A DNA stretch of 64,000 nt from the IMG/VR virus record IMGVR_UViG_3300030104_005963; one strand, 5' to 3'. Of the stretch, positions 1-9,975 are shown piece by piece (the first letter of the stretch is position 1; every line of letters begins with the position of its first letter). A program made the position numbers and the translations under genes. The stretch is from a virus. The notes beneath the pieces are model-generated. The model was not told where the DNA came from. It worked only from the letters and a program-made list of their open reading frames with translations, and made no database searches.

Positions 1-2
1 AA

Positions 3-3000
3 GATGTAATCTTTTTAAAAGATGTTAAAATTGACGGGGCAATAACTTTTGGTGGTCCTATACGTTTTGATGTTCCAGTAACATTTGGAGAAGATGTTAC
101 TTTTGAGAAAAGTATATTTGTTGGTGAAAATGCGACTATTGATAATAATTTGAGTGTTGGTGGTATCAGCACATTCACCGGTTTTGTAGATGTAAACAAT
201 AGTATGGACGTTGCGAGCATACTAACTGTTCGTACAAGATTGGATGTTGGTGTTGCTGGAACAGCATTAAATGTTGATACAAGAACAAATAATATTGGAA
301 TATTTACATCCGATTCAACTGATGGATCTAGACTTTCTTTTGGATTTAATGAAGAAGGATTAATTATTGATACAAGAACAAACAATATTGGAATATTTAC
401 AGCAAATCCGGTACAATCGTTTCAATTCAATTCTGGTATAAGTTCAACCTTTGTAATTACAGATGAGGGAAGAGTTGGAATTGGTAAAACAAATCCAGAA
501 AATGGGATAGTTGGTCTTGATACATCGGCACAAGGTGAATTAAAACTTGATATTGATGGAACTATTTCTATTTCAAGAAATATCTATGACTCTGCTGGTT
601 CTCCCGGTGTAAATGGTGCATTTTTAAATCGAGATGCCAATGGAATACGTTGGGTAACATTTGAACCTGCATTCTCTGAGGGTATTTTTATTCAAGATGA
701 AGGAACTTTTATTCCTATAGTTGGTGCGGCACAATCATTTACAGTTTTAAATTTTGTTCAACTCAATAGTCAAGGTACAGGCACTGATACTCTCATTCCT
801 ATTCCTGACCCAGCTAACCCTACTGAAATTGCAAAAATACAGACGCAAGATTTGTGGGGATTTACTGGTAATGACATTTATAGATTGTCTAAGGTTGGTA
901 TTAATAATAATAGTCCAAGTGCTCAATTAGATATAGATGGAACTGTTCATGCTACCGGTGATGTTGACTTTGATTCAAAATTAAATGTAGATGGTGATAC
1001 CACTCTCGAAAAAACCACCACCGATGGTCTTCTTGATATAAATGATGGTGGTCAGGCAAATACCTTCAAGGTAGAAGATCTAACAAATGATAGAGTTGTT
1101 ATTGCCGGTACTGGTGGTGAAATTGAAGATGATGAAAATTTAACATTTGATGGATCTAAACTTTTTGTTGGTGTTAATTTAGAGGTAGATGGATTAGTTA
1201 CATTTGATGATACAACAGATGCAACTAGTACTACTGATGGAGCTGTTGAAATTGCCGGTGGTGTTGGAATTGTTAAAAAATTATTTGTTGGTGATGATAC
1301 AAAAATAGAAGGCACTACACAATCAATTTCAAATACTACGGGAGCACTAATTGTTAGCGGTGGTGTTGGTATTGCTAAAACTGTTAATGTTGGAGGTTCT
1401 CTTGGTGTAGGTGGAACAGGAAAATTTGGTGAGTTATTGGAATTGGATGGTCCATTAAAAGATTTTAATGATAGTGTTGCTACTGGAAAAACCGATTATC
1501 GTTTATCATCAATTTATCATGATTCTGGAACTGGAATTGGTGTATCATGGAGACCACCGGGTGTTCAAACTAAAAAAACAGTTTGGGTTTCTAAAAATGG
1601 TAGTGATTTAAATAGTGGATTACTTGAAGGTGATGCAAAGGCAAGTCTTGGAGGTGCCGCTGCAGTAGCACAAGAAGGAGATACAATTAAGATAAGACCC
1701 GGAAAGTATCTTGAAAATAATCCTGTTGGATTAAGAACAGATGTATCAGTTACTGGTGAAGATTTGAGACTCGTAACCATAGTTCCAGAAAATAAAAATG
1801 ATGATGTCATTCATGTTCGTCGTGGTTGCTTAGTCGAGAACTTAAGTTTTGCCGGTGGTGTTGTTGGTAGTGGTGTAGAAATAGGTTGTGATCGTGCAGG
1901 TGCAGTCGCATTTCCACCGACACAAACTGATATTACTGCCGGTATATCTGTTCGTGCAAGAAGTGGATTTACTGGTTTAGGACCAGCAGATGAAGGTTCG
2001 TCAGGAAGATGGAGATCACCATATATAAGAAATTGTACTAACTTCATGACAGGAAGTATTGGTATGAAAATTAATGGTGATCATGCCACGGCAGCTGATG
2101 AAGATTCTGGTGCAGATTTAAAATCTATGGTATGTGATTCATTTACTCAGTATAATGAAGCTGGTATCGGTGTATCTCTTTCTAATGATGCATATGCACA
2201 GTTAGTTTCTATCTTTACAATTAACTGCGATATTGCAATATATGCCGAAACAGGAGGACAATGTGACCTGACAAACTCCAACTCTTCCTTTGGTAATTTT
2301 GGATTAGTTGCGGTTGGACTCGGTGCAACTCAATATACAGGATTTGCCTCTAATACAAATAGTGCCAAAGAAATTATTATCGAAAATGAACCTGGAACTG
2401 ATACTATTGTCGCATATGGTGTGACAGATACTGGAAATGATGATCAAAGACCATTTGATGGTCAGGCATTATATTTTAAAATTAATAATGTTGGAAGACA
2501 AAATTATCCGACAGTTCCGGCATTTGATAGACTTACGGCACCAATGAAGGAATTGGATGCTATTAATATTATTCCTGGAGCAGATTTAACCGGATATAGT
2601 GCATTAAATCCACCATCAGTGACTATTTTAGATGCAGATATTGTAGGAAATCCTGGTCGTGGACCCTTGGGACCAGAAGGAATTATTGCAGAAGGTTCTG
2701 CGACAGTTGATCAAACTGGAACTATCACAGAATTTAATGTAATTGCAAGTGGAAGAAATTATCTGCCAACACAAAATCTTGTTGTGGATGTAGATGGTGA
2801 TACTGAAATTGCAACTGCTGTTATGGAACCAATTTATTATACTGTTTTTGAGGCAACCGAAAATACTGGATATCAAGCACCAGGTCAACCTGACCCAGGT
2901 CCTGGTATTACAACAATTACTTTTAATGAATTCATACCATATGCAGTATTTCCAGATGATCCTTTTACTCTTCAAAGAATCAGTCGTATTCTGACCAGTT

Positions 3001-3257
3001 CGCACTCATTTGAATACGTTGGTACAGGCACCGACATAAATAGATCGACACCTCTTGTTGGTGGTGTCACTATTAAAGCGAACGAAATTGTCGCTTCTAA
3101 AGGAGCACAAATTCCTTTTACATCTACTGATCAAAAAGGCAATTTTGATATTGGTGAAGGTCTCCAAATTGATCAAACTACATCTACAATTCGTGGTCGA
3201 GATTTTAGTAGAGCAATTCAAGTAGAAGTTACACCCTTAATATTGGCACTGAGATAA
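3..3257 (+). CDS. Virion structural / tailspike-like protein with parallel beta-helix region (5' truncated)
   Basis: Frame 3 is open from base 3, so the TTG at 150 is not the real start. VWVSKNGSD..SG...GDTIKIRPGKY is a typical beta-helix cap motif; Gly/Thr/Val-rich fibre repeats lie upstream. Confidence 0.75.
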   Translation, partial: DVIFLKDVKIDGAITFGGPIRFDVPVTFGEDVTFEKSIFVGENATIDNNLSVGGISTFTGFVDVNNSMDVASILTVRTRLDVGVAGTALNVDTRTNNIGIFTSDSTDGSRLSFGFNEEGLIIDTRTNNIGIFTANPVQSFQFNSGISSTFVITDEGRVGIGKTNPENGIVGLDTSAQGELKLDIDGTISISRNIYDSAGSPGVNGAFLNRDANGIRWVTFEPAFSEGIFIQDEGTFIPIVGAAQSFTVLNFVQLNSQGTGTDTLIPIPDPANPTEIAKIQTQDLWGFTGNDIYRLSKVGINNNSPSAQLDIDGTVHATGDVDFDSKLNVDGDTTLEKTTTDGLLDINDGGQANTFKVEDLTNDRVVIAGTGGEIEDDENLTFDGSKLFVGVNLEVDGLVTFDDTTDATSTTDGAVEIAGGVGIVKKLFVGDDTKIEGTTQSISNTTGALIVSGGVGIAKTVNVGGSLGVGGTGKFGELLELDGPLKDFNDSVATGKTDYRLSSIYHDSGTGIGVSWRPPGVQTKKTVWVSKNGSDLNSGLLEGDAKASLGGAAAVAQEGDTIKIRPGKYLENNPVGLRTDVSVTGEDLRLVTIVPENKNDDVIHVRRGCLVENLSFAGGVVGSGVEIGCDRAGAVAFPPTQTDITAGISVRARSGFTGLGPADEGSSGRWRSPYIRNCTNFMTGSIGMKINGDHATAADEDSGADLKSMVCDSFTQYNEAGIGVSLSNDAYAQLVSIFTINCDIAIYAETGGQCDLTNSNSSFGNFGLVAVGLGATQYTGFASNTNSAKEIIIENEPGTDTIVAYGVTDTGNDDQRPFDGQALYFKINNVGRQNYPTVPAFDRLTAPMKELDAINIIPGADLTGYSALNPPSVTILDADIVGNPGRGPLGPEGIIAEGSATVDQTGTITEFNVIASGRNYLPTQNLVVDVDGDTEIATAVMEPIYYTVFEATENTGYQAPGQPDPGPGITTITFNEFIPYAVFPDDPFTLQRISRILTSSHSFEYVGTGTDINRSTPLVGGVTIKANEIVASKGAQIPFTSTDQKGNFDIGEGLQIDQTTSTIRGRDFSRAIQVEVTPLILALR
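274..401 (+). repeat. Internal 35-bp duplication (DTRTNNIGIFT twice)
   Basis: ttgatacaagaacaaa(t/c)aatattggaatatttaca at 274-308 and 367-401. Confidence 0.85.
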
Positions 3258-3258
3258 T

Positions 3259-4260
3259 ATGGCAATCGCACCACTTAATAAATTTATTACGAAGGCAGTT
3301 CCGGTTACACCAAGTGAGCAAGTAGTTTATGAGGCGCCACAAGGATCAAATTCTATTGTACTTTATGTTGCCGTAGCAAATGTTGGTATAGGAAATACTT
3401 ATCCATTAGTTACTTTTACACATAGAAGAGAAAGTACGGCAACTAGAACTTCAGGAAATATTAGAAATATAAGATTACTCAAAGATATTGAAGTTCCACC
3501 ACAAGATGCCGTCATTATTATTGATGGTAGATTAGTTTTAGAAAGAAATGCAAATATAAGAGATTCTGTTATAATTAGAGGATATCAATCTGGTGTTGGA
3601 ACTGTCTATGATGCACAATATGATCATGTGACAGGATTAACTACTATAACCACCTATGATGATCATGGATTGAGTGTAGATGATGATATTGTACTTGATG
3701 GATTAGCATTTGATTGTGCATCTACGGCAGGAATTACTGGTCCTATTTTTCCTGCACCACAAACAACTTTTAAGGTAGAAACTGTAGGAACAACTACAAC
3801 TTTTACGACAAACACGGGAACTGTGGTTAGTTTGCCTCACACTTTTAGACCATCTCTTCATCGGTTTGTTCGTGCTAATCCAGATCCCATTACTATTGTT
3901 TCAGGTGCAGTTCCTGCAGCAGGAACAAAAATACAAGTAATAAAAGGAACCACATATGATTCCGTAACCGGAATACTTTCAGTCACGGCATCTGCACAAC
4001 ATAATCTAACAACAGGTGATACTATTCGATTTACTAATGAATCTTTAGTTTTTAAGTGTTCGCAGGATAATTTTACTGATGAAAAAAAATATCCTCGTGC
4101 GAGTGATCCTGCCAATAATTTAAATGCACTTGGTGTTACAACTTTTGTGGGAATCGCAAACACTTTTACTGTAAATGTCGGAGTTCAAACTGGTGGTGGA
4201 ACTGTATCACCAGCACAAATGGAACTTATTATGAGTGTTCTAGAAACTAGCACAGTATAA
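3259..4260 (+). CDS. Virion structural protein with two YDxxTGxxxxT..H(G/N)L beta-domains
   Basis: 333-aa ORF abutting fibre genes; its domain pair recurs in gp7 (56782-57400). Confidence 0.7.
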   Translation: MAIAPLNKFITKAVPVTPSEQVVYEAPQGSNSIVLYVAVANVGIGNTYPLVTFTHRRESTATRTSGNIRNIRLLKDIEVPPQDAVIIIDGRLVLERNANIRDSVIIRGYQSGVGTVYDAQYDHVTGLTTITTYDDHGLSVDDDIVLDGLAFDCASTAGITGPIFPAPQTTFKVETVGTTTTFTTNTGTVVSLPHTFRPSLHRFVRANPDPITIVSGAVPAAGTKIQVIKGTTYDSVTGILSVTASAQHNLTTGDTIRFTNESLVFKCSQDNFTDEKKYPRASDPANNLNALGVTTFVGIANTFTVNVGVQTGGGTVSPAQMELIMSVLETSTV

Positions 4261-4266
4261 TAAATT

Positions 4267-7200
4267 ATGGCAAAGTATTTTAGTGGTGGTAAAGCCAGAA
4301 AACGTGAAAGGGAAAGAATAGATCCTGAAAGATATAGATATCTTAATTTAGCAAATGCCGAACCAGATCTTGGTGATCCTCTAGTTGGACCATCATCTGA
4401 AGGTGTAAACCCCATAGTTTCCGGCGACCAATATATGATTGTTGCCGTTGAAGGGTATCCTGGACAAAGATTTTGGATCCCAAATCAAGGTGGATTAATA
4501 CCAGGATCTATTAGTGTTTTTGATGAAACTGTCTTAGTTGGATCATTAAGTAGTATTACACAATTAGATTTTCGTGGTCAGGGTATTAAAGCCACCACTG
4601 CAACTGTAAAAACATCCACGATTACTTTAAATGGAAATGCTACTTTTAGTAAAAGCCAGTTAGTAACACAATCTGGTAATTCAGGAGTTAGTGGTATCGT
4701 AAAATTTGGAACCACAAATGCCGGTATTGTAACTCTTACAAATGTTAGTGGATCTTTTGACTTTTCTGGAACTGCTGGTGCATTATTGCAAAATGGCAGT
4801 AGTACTGGAAGAACTCCAACATCAGTTTCAATTTTTAATGATCCCAGTATTAGAGCAGAGATAGAAGTAACACCAGAGTTTTTCTCTGAAAATAGACAAT
4901 TTATTTTTAATGATAATGATGAGTTTAATGGAGCATTAAATCTAACATATAATCAATTAAATGATTATGTCGGTGTTGGTACTACTGCTGCAACACAGAT
5001 GCTTCATGTTCAAGGTAATCTCAGATTAACCGGAACATTGTATGATGTTAATAATACACCTGGCACTGCTGGACAACTTTTACAAAAAGTAAGTTCTAGT
5101 GGAGATGGTGGAATACAATGGGTTGATGAAGGAAGTATAGAACCAGATGCCGGTGGAATTCGTGGTAGTGTGCAATATCACAATGCCGCCGGAAAAATAG
5201 GTGGAGCACCTAATTTTGTCTTTAATGATATAAATGGTGTCAATAATGTGGGTATTGGAAGTACTTTACCAAAAGTTGATTTGGATGTTGTTGGTGTTGC
5301 ATCAATAACTGGAAATTTAAAAGTAGGAACACTCAATGTTCAGGGCATTTCCACATATAGTGGTGATTTGGATATTAATGCAAGTGTCGATATTTTAAAT
5401 AATTTAAATGTAAATGGTAATTTAGATGTAGATGGAACCTCTACATTTAATGATCCGGTAGATATAACTGATGATACTGAATCTAATAATGCAACCACAG
5501 GTGCCTTAAAAGTTACTGGTGGTGTTGGTATTGCAAAAACTATTCACATTGGAGAATCATTAAATCTTTTAGATAATAAAAAAATAAATCTTGGTATTGC
5601 TAGTGATTTGCAAATATATCATAATGGAACAGATTCATATATTGATAATAACACCGGTCATTTATACATTAGAAACAATGTAGATGACGATGATGATGGA
5701 AATATCTACATTCAAGCAAAGTCTGGTGAAGATGGAATTGTTATTAATGATGATGGAAAGGTAGAACTTTATCTTAATGGAGTTAAAAAGTTAGAAACCA
5801 ATACTAGTGGAATTGAAGTATTTAATACTATAACGGCACAAACTTTTAATGTAGTTGATAGTGAAGTAACAGATATTATAGTTACTGGACTTGCCGATAT
5901 ATTCAGAGCAGATATTGAACAATTAACTGTCGTCAATGGTGTTGGTATAGCAACGATTAAAGAAATAGATGCCACTCATACCGATACCGATACTTTAAAT
6001 GTAGGAATTGCGGCGACCACTGCAAGATTGGTGGTTGATAATGTTGTTATTGATGGAAATGATATTTCTGCATCAACTGGTAATTTAGTATTAACTACAG
6101 CCGGTGTTAATAATGTTGTTGACATTAACAGACCTACTAGAATTTCAGATATCACCGAATTTTTGGGACCCGATGCGGCACTAATTGTTTCTGGTGGTGT
6201 TGATATCAATAAAAAATTGAATGTTGATGGGGACGTTGGTTTTACAACAAATACAGAATCTGTTAACACTTCTTCTGGAGCACTAGTTGTTAGTGGTGGT
6301 ATTGGAGTAAGTAAGAGTGTCAATATTGGACTTGGATTAACCGTATTTGGAGATGGAGTTGGTATCGATGTAAATCTTGCATCTAATGGAGGCATTACAA
6401 CAACTGGTGGTGATTTATATGTCGGTGGTGATTTATATGTTTTAGATGATATTTTTTATGATGAACTTAGTGGTAGAGATATGGTTATTACCGGTATCGC
6501 CACTATAAATCAATTAGAAGTTGGACAACCAAGTAATGATTTAGTTGGTATTACTGATATTCTTGATGAAGATGATATGGCATCAAACAGTGCAGTAGCA
6601 CTGGTTACACAACAGTCTATTAAAACATATGTTGATAATCAAGTAACTGCACAAGATTTAGATTTTCAAGGTGATACTGGAAGTGGTTCAGTTGATTTAG
6701 ATTCTCAAATATTTGATATTGAAGGAACTACAAATGAAATTGTAACTGTTGCATCAAATCAGAAGATTAAAATTGGTCTTCCAGATAATGTAACTATATC
6801 CGGCAATTTAAATGTAAACGGGAATACCATTCTTGGTGACGGCAATGCAACTACTGATGCTGTAACATTTAATTCTACAGTTAATAGTCATATTCTTCCT
6901 AGTGCTACTGAAACATATGATCTTGGTTCACCTAGTTTAAAATGGGATAACGTATATGCAAAAACTTTTTTAGGTCAATTTATTGGTAATGCTGATACTG
7001 CATCGAAATTAGAAACACCTATAACAATTACCTTAGGGGAACTTCCTGATTCCTATAGTGCAGGAGTCACTGATGATATTATCTCTATTGGAAAAACATT
7101 TGATGGACAACAAAATGTAGGATTTGCACTCTCACTGACAAATACTGGTGTTTCTTCTGACATTTATGGTGATAGTTTATCTGTCGCACAATTTAGAGTT

Positions 7201-9243
7201 GATGCCAGAGGAAGAATAAGTGAGGCATCTACTATTGCAATTAATCAGGCAGGACTTACTGCCGGACAGGCGGATAAAATAAAAGTAAATCAAGAGGATA
7301 CTGATACAACATGTTTTATAACATTTGTTGGAGAAGATCCAAGTGGAACGTATCAAACTCTCCTTGGTGATGATGCATTAAAATATAATTCTAGTGCAGA
7401 TTTAGTGACCATGGGTAACCTTTCTGTTACCACAAATGTAACTATTGGTGGAACACTAAATGCAAATGGTAATGTAAATCTTGGAAATGCCGCTACTGAT
7501 GAATTAAGTATTAATGCTGATATTATTACTCATGTTCTACCAAAGCATGATTCTACCGGCATTACTGATACTAGTGGAAAAGATATTGGAGCAGCAGGTT
7601 CTAGATGGAGGAAAATGTATGCTAATGAATTTGTAGGTGCTGTTTCAGGCACTGCAGATTCTGCAAATACAATTTTGGTAGGATCAAGAGATACAAATGG
7701 ATCTCATTATCTGACATTTGTTGACTCTAATAATTCAACTGCAGGTTTTGAGAGTCTTTATACTGATGCTGGAATATATTATAATCCATCTACAAATGCA
7801 CTTAATATTTCTGGACCAACAACCATTGGAGGTTTATTAAATGTAAACGGGAATACTATTCTTGGAGATGTCGATGCACCTATTGATGATACTGTAACAT
7901 TTAATTCCACAGTTAATAGTCATATTATTCCTAATGCTGATAGTACATATGACCTTGGTACAACTAATATTAGATGGTCAACAGTATTTGCAGATACATT
8001 TAATGGACAATTTGCTGGTACTGCTGATCGTGCAACACTTGCTGTTAATCTTGTTGGTGGCGGTGCAGGAAGTATACCATATCAATCAGCAACAGATACA
8101 ACAACATTTGTAGTTGATCCCAATACAGCTGATAAATTCCTCACGTATAATAATGATGATGATGAACCTCAATGGGCTACTGTTCAGGCAGATCAAATTT
8201 CTGGTCTAACAGATGCTATTCAAGATACTAATCTTGTAGGTGCTCAAGGTTCAGTAGGTGCTCAAGGTGCTCAAGGTTCTCAAGGTTTTCAAGGTCAAAC
8301 TGGTAATCCAGGTGCTCAAGGTTCAGTAGGTGCTCAAGGTTTTCAAGGTCAAACTGGTAATCCAGGTGCTCAAGGTTCGAGAGGATTCCAAGGTGATAAA
8401 GGAGATGTTGGTGCTCAAGGTTCAGTAGGTTCTCAAGGTTCAGTAGGTGCTCAAGGTTCAGTAGGTTCTCAAGGTTCAGTAGGTGCTCAAGGTTCAGTAG
8501 GTGCTCAAGGTTCGAGAGGATTCCAAGGATTCCAAGGTGATAAAGGAGATGTTGGTGCTCAAGGTTCTCAAGGTTCTCAAGGTTTTCAAGGTCAAACTGG
8601 TGATCCAGGTAATCCAGGTGTTCAAGGTTCTCAAGGTTTTCAAGGTCAAACAGGAGATCCGACAGGAGCTGTTACATTAGGGACCGCTCCATATTTTAGT
8701 TATATTGAATTAAGAAGAGATGGTGGTGATAATTATGGTGGATTTATTGATTTTGTGAAAGACAGTAGTCCAGCTAATAATAATGTCAATTCTCCAAATT
8801 ATCATGCAAGAATGGTTTTATATACTACCAATAATTCTCAAACTGTTGGTGCAGCTGCTGGTAATGCAAACACTAACGAAGTTCAACTATGGAATTCTAA
8901 ATTTGCTGTTCATGGTAATATTACTGCATTTACCTCCGATATTAGACTGAAGAAAGATATCGAACCAATTAAAAATGCTCTTGAAAAAGTTCAATCAATT
9001 CGTGGATTTACATATTCTCATAATGAAATTGCCAAACAATTAGGATTTGGAGAGGAGAGAAGATGGTCTGGTGTATCCGCACAGGAAATTGAAAAGGTAT
9101 TACCAGAGGCAGTGTTCCCGGCTCCTGTCGATGATAAGTATCTGACGGTACAATATGAAAAAATTGTTCCTCTTCTCATTGAGGCAGTTAAAGAACTCAA
9201 GGAAGAGGTCAATGACCTGAGGTCTCAGATCCAAGGGGGTTGA
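4267..9243 (+). CDS. Long tail fibre with collagen-like segment and C-terminal intramolecular chaperone (peptidase S74-like)
   Basis: 1658 aa; fibre repeats, 47 Gly-X-Y triplets, C-terminal SDIRLKKDI..IKNALEKV...GVSAQEIEKVLPEAV...YEKIVPLLIEAVKEL coiled coil. Confidence 0.9.
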   Translation: MAKYFSGGKARKRERERIDPERYRYLNLANAEPDLGDPLVGPSSEGVNPIVSGDQYMIVAVEGYPGQRFWIPNQGGLIPGSISVFDETVLVGSLSSITQLDFRGQGIKATTATVKTSTITLNGNATFSKSQLVTQSGNSGVSGIVKFGTTNAGIVTLTNVSGSFDFSGTAGALLQNGSSTGRTPTSVSIFNDPSIRAEIEVTPEFFSENRQFIFNDNDEFNGALNLTYNQLNDYVGVGTTAATQMLHVQGNLRLTGTLYDVNNTPGTAGQLLQKVSSSGDGGIQWVDEGSIEPDAGGIRGSVQYHNAAGKIGGAPNFVFNDINGVNNVGIGSTLPKVDLDVVGVASITGNLKVGTLNVQGISTYSGDLDINASVDILNNLNVNGNLDVDGTSTFNDPVDITDDTESNNATTGALKVTGGVGIAKTIHIGESLNLLDNKKINLGIASDLQIYHNGTDSYIDNNTGHLYIRNNVDDDDDGNIYIQAKSGEDGIVINDDGKVELYLNGVKKLETNTSGIEVFNTITAQTFNVVDSEVTDIIVTGLADIFRADIEQLTVVNGVGIATIKEIDATHTDTDTLNVGIAATTARLVVDNVVIDGNDISASTGNLVLTTAGVNNVVDINRPTRISDITEFLGPDAALIVSGGVDINKKLNVDGDVGFTTNTESVNTSSGALVVSGGIGVSKSVNIGLGLTVFGDGVGIDVNLASNGGITTTGGDLYVGGDLYVLDDIFYDELSGRDMVITGIATINQLEVGQPSNDLVGITDILDEDDMASNSAVALVTQQSIKTYVDNQVTAQDLDFQGDTGSGSVDLDSQIFDIEGTTNEIVTVASNQKIKIGLPDNVTISGNLNVNGNTILGDGNATTDAVTFNSTVNSHILPSATETYDLGSPSLKWDNVYAKTFLGQFIGNADTASKLETPITITLGELPDSYSAGVTDDIISIGKTFDGQQNVGFALSLTNTGVSSDIYGDSLSVAQFRVDARGRISEASTIAINQAGLTAGQADKIKVNQEDTDTTCFITFVGEDPSGTYQTLLGDDALKYNSSADLVTMGNLSVTTNVTIGGTLNANGNVNLGNAATDELSINADIITHVLPKHDSTGITDTSGKDIGAAGSRWRKMYANEFVGAVSGTADSANTILVGSRDTNGSHYLTFVDSNNSTAGFESLYTDAGIYYNPSTNALNISGPTTIGGLLNVNGNTILGDVDAPIDDTVTFNSTVNSHIIPNADSTYDLGTTNIRWSTVFADTFNGQFAGTADRATLAVNLVGGGAGSIPYQSATDTTTFVVDPNTADKFLTYNNDDDEPQWATVQADQISGLTDAIQDTNLVGAQGSVGAQGAQGSQGFQGQTGNPGAQGSVGAQGFQGQTGNPGAQGSRGFQGDKGDVGAQGSVGSQGSVGAQGSVGSQGSVGAQGSVGAQGSRGFQGFQGDKGDVGAQGSQGSQGFQGQTGDPGNPGVQGSQGFQGQTGDPTGAVTLGTAPYFSYIELRRDGGDNYGGFIDFVKDSSPANNNVNSPNYHARMVLYTTNNSQTVGAAAGNANTNEVQLWNSKFAVHGNITAFTSDIRLKKDIEPIKNALEKVQSIRGFTYSHNEIAKQLGFGEERRWSGVSAQEIEKVLPEAVFPAPVDDKYLTVQYEKIVPLLIEAVKELKEEVNDLRSQIQGG
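8239..8661 (+). repeat. Collagen-like (Gly-X-Y)47 repeat with 9-nt periodicity
   Basis: GAQ/GSV/GSQ/GFQ/GQT/GNP/GDK/GDV triplets built from ggtgctcaa/ggttcagta/ggttctcaa units. Confidence 0.97.
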
Positions 9244-9268
9244 CAACCATGCCCAGATGCCCTATAAT
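9240..9268 (+). promoter_or_regulatory. Sigma70-type promoter TTGACA-17-TATAAT driving the tRNA island
   Basis: ttgaca 9240-9245, tataat 9263-9268; shares atgccctataatac and tcaaggga with the early promoters. Confidence 0.9.
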
Positions 9269-9297
9269 ACGTGGGTAGTCAAGGGAACACCCCTCAC

Positions 9298-9498
9298 ATG
9301 AACAGCACCGAAGAGTATCTGGAAAAGGTCGTCATCGACATCTGCACCAAGACCTTCACCCTCTATAGTGATGGAGGCAACACTCGCACTATTGATTGTG
9401 AAAACTCCGATCAATTCATGAGTATTTTTCTCCTTATCAGAGACAAACTAGAAGAAGAACAAATCGAATATAATGGTGTTTCAGTTTGTGAGGAGTAA
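9298..9498 (+). CDS. Hypothetical protein
   Basis: ATG 9298 downstream of the promoter; 66 aa. Confidence 0.7.
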   Translation: MNSTEEYLEKVVIDICTKTFTLYSDGGNTRTIDCENSDQFMSIFLLIRDKLEEEQIEYNGVSVCEE

Positions 9499-9501
9499 TT
9501 T

Positions 9502-9699
9502 ATGGAACAACTAAATAATCCAACTATTAAATTTTATTCCGTGGATTATTGGGAAAAAAATTGGGAAGACTTGATAGAAAAAGTTGAAAATGGAGAACAC
9601 ATAGGAATAGAGAACGAGAATGGAAATAAAGCAATAATGATACCTGCAGATGATGAACTTATACGAATATACACGGAGTTAAACAACGACGCACAGTAG
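9502..9699 (+). CDS. Phd/YefM antitoxin-like small protein
   Basis: YSVDYWEKNWEDLIEKVENGEHIGIENENGNKAIMIP fits the Phd/YefM beta-alpha-beta-beta pattern by eye. Confidence 0.5.
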   Translation: MEQLNNPTIKFYSVDYWEKNWEDLIEKVENGEHIGIENENGNKAIMIPADDELIRIYTELNNDAQ

Positions 9700-9709
9700 T
9701 TCATCATCA

Positions 9710-9797
9710 GCTCGTGAGACTTGGTAGTCAGAGAGGTTTTATAAACCTTTTCCGCCAGATTAGCGGCTTTGAGGTGGTTCGAATCCACCCACGAGTA
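9710..9797 (+). tRNA. tRNA with TAT anticodon (nominally Ile, reads AUA) and long variable arm
   Basis: Acceptor GCTCGTG/CACGAGT, anticodon stem GAGGT/ACCTT with loop TTTATAA (TAT 9740-9742), variable hairpin CCGC..GCGG, T arm GGTGG-TTCGAAT-CCACC; no encoded CCA. Confidence 0.8.
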
Positions 9798-9800
9798 TTT

Positions 9801-9873
9801 GCTTCCTTAGCAATCTGGTGAATGCAGCAAACTCATAATTTGCCTAAGGAGAGTTCGATCCTCTCAGGAAGCA
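9801..9873 (+). tRNA. tRNA-CAT (elongator Met or lysidine Ile2)
   Basis: Acceptor GCTTCCT/AGGAAGC, loop CTCATAA (CAT 9834-9836), T arm GAGAG-TTCGATC-CTCTC. Confidence 0.92.
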
Positions 9874-9879
9874 CCTAAC

Positions 9880-9964
9880 GGGACGGTGGCGGAATTGGTA
9901 GACGCACCAGACTTAAAATCTGTTGATCATTAAGATCGTGAGGGTTCAATTCCCTCTCGTCCTA
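9880..9964 (+). tRNA. tRNA-Leu(TAA)
   Basis: GGGACGG acceptor, D loop GGAATTGGTAGAC, loop CTTAAAA (TAA 9914-9916), long variable arm, T arm GAGGG-TTCAATT-CCCTC. Confidence 0.95.
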
Positions 9965-9975
9965 CTTTAAACCTA

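Noticed and set aside
150-152. TTG start of ORF1 given in the track
   Set aside because: The frame is open back to base 3 with similar fibre-like sequence; the gene starts upstream of the window.
8239-8661. CRISPR array or non-coding satellite
   Set aside because: In-frame 9-nt collagen codons with no unique spacers.
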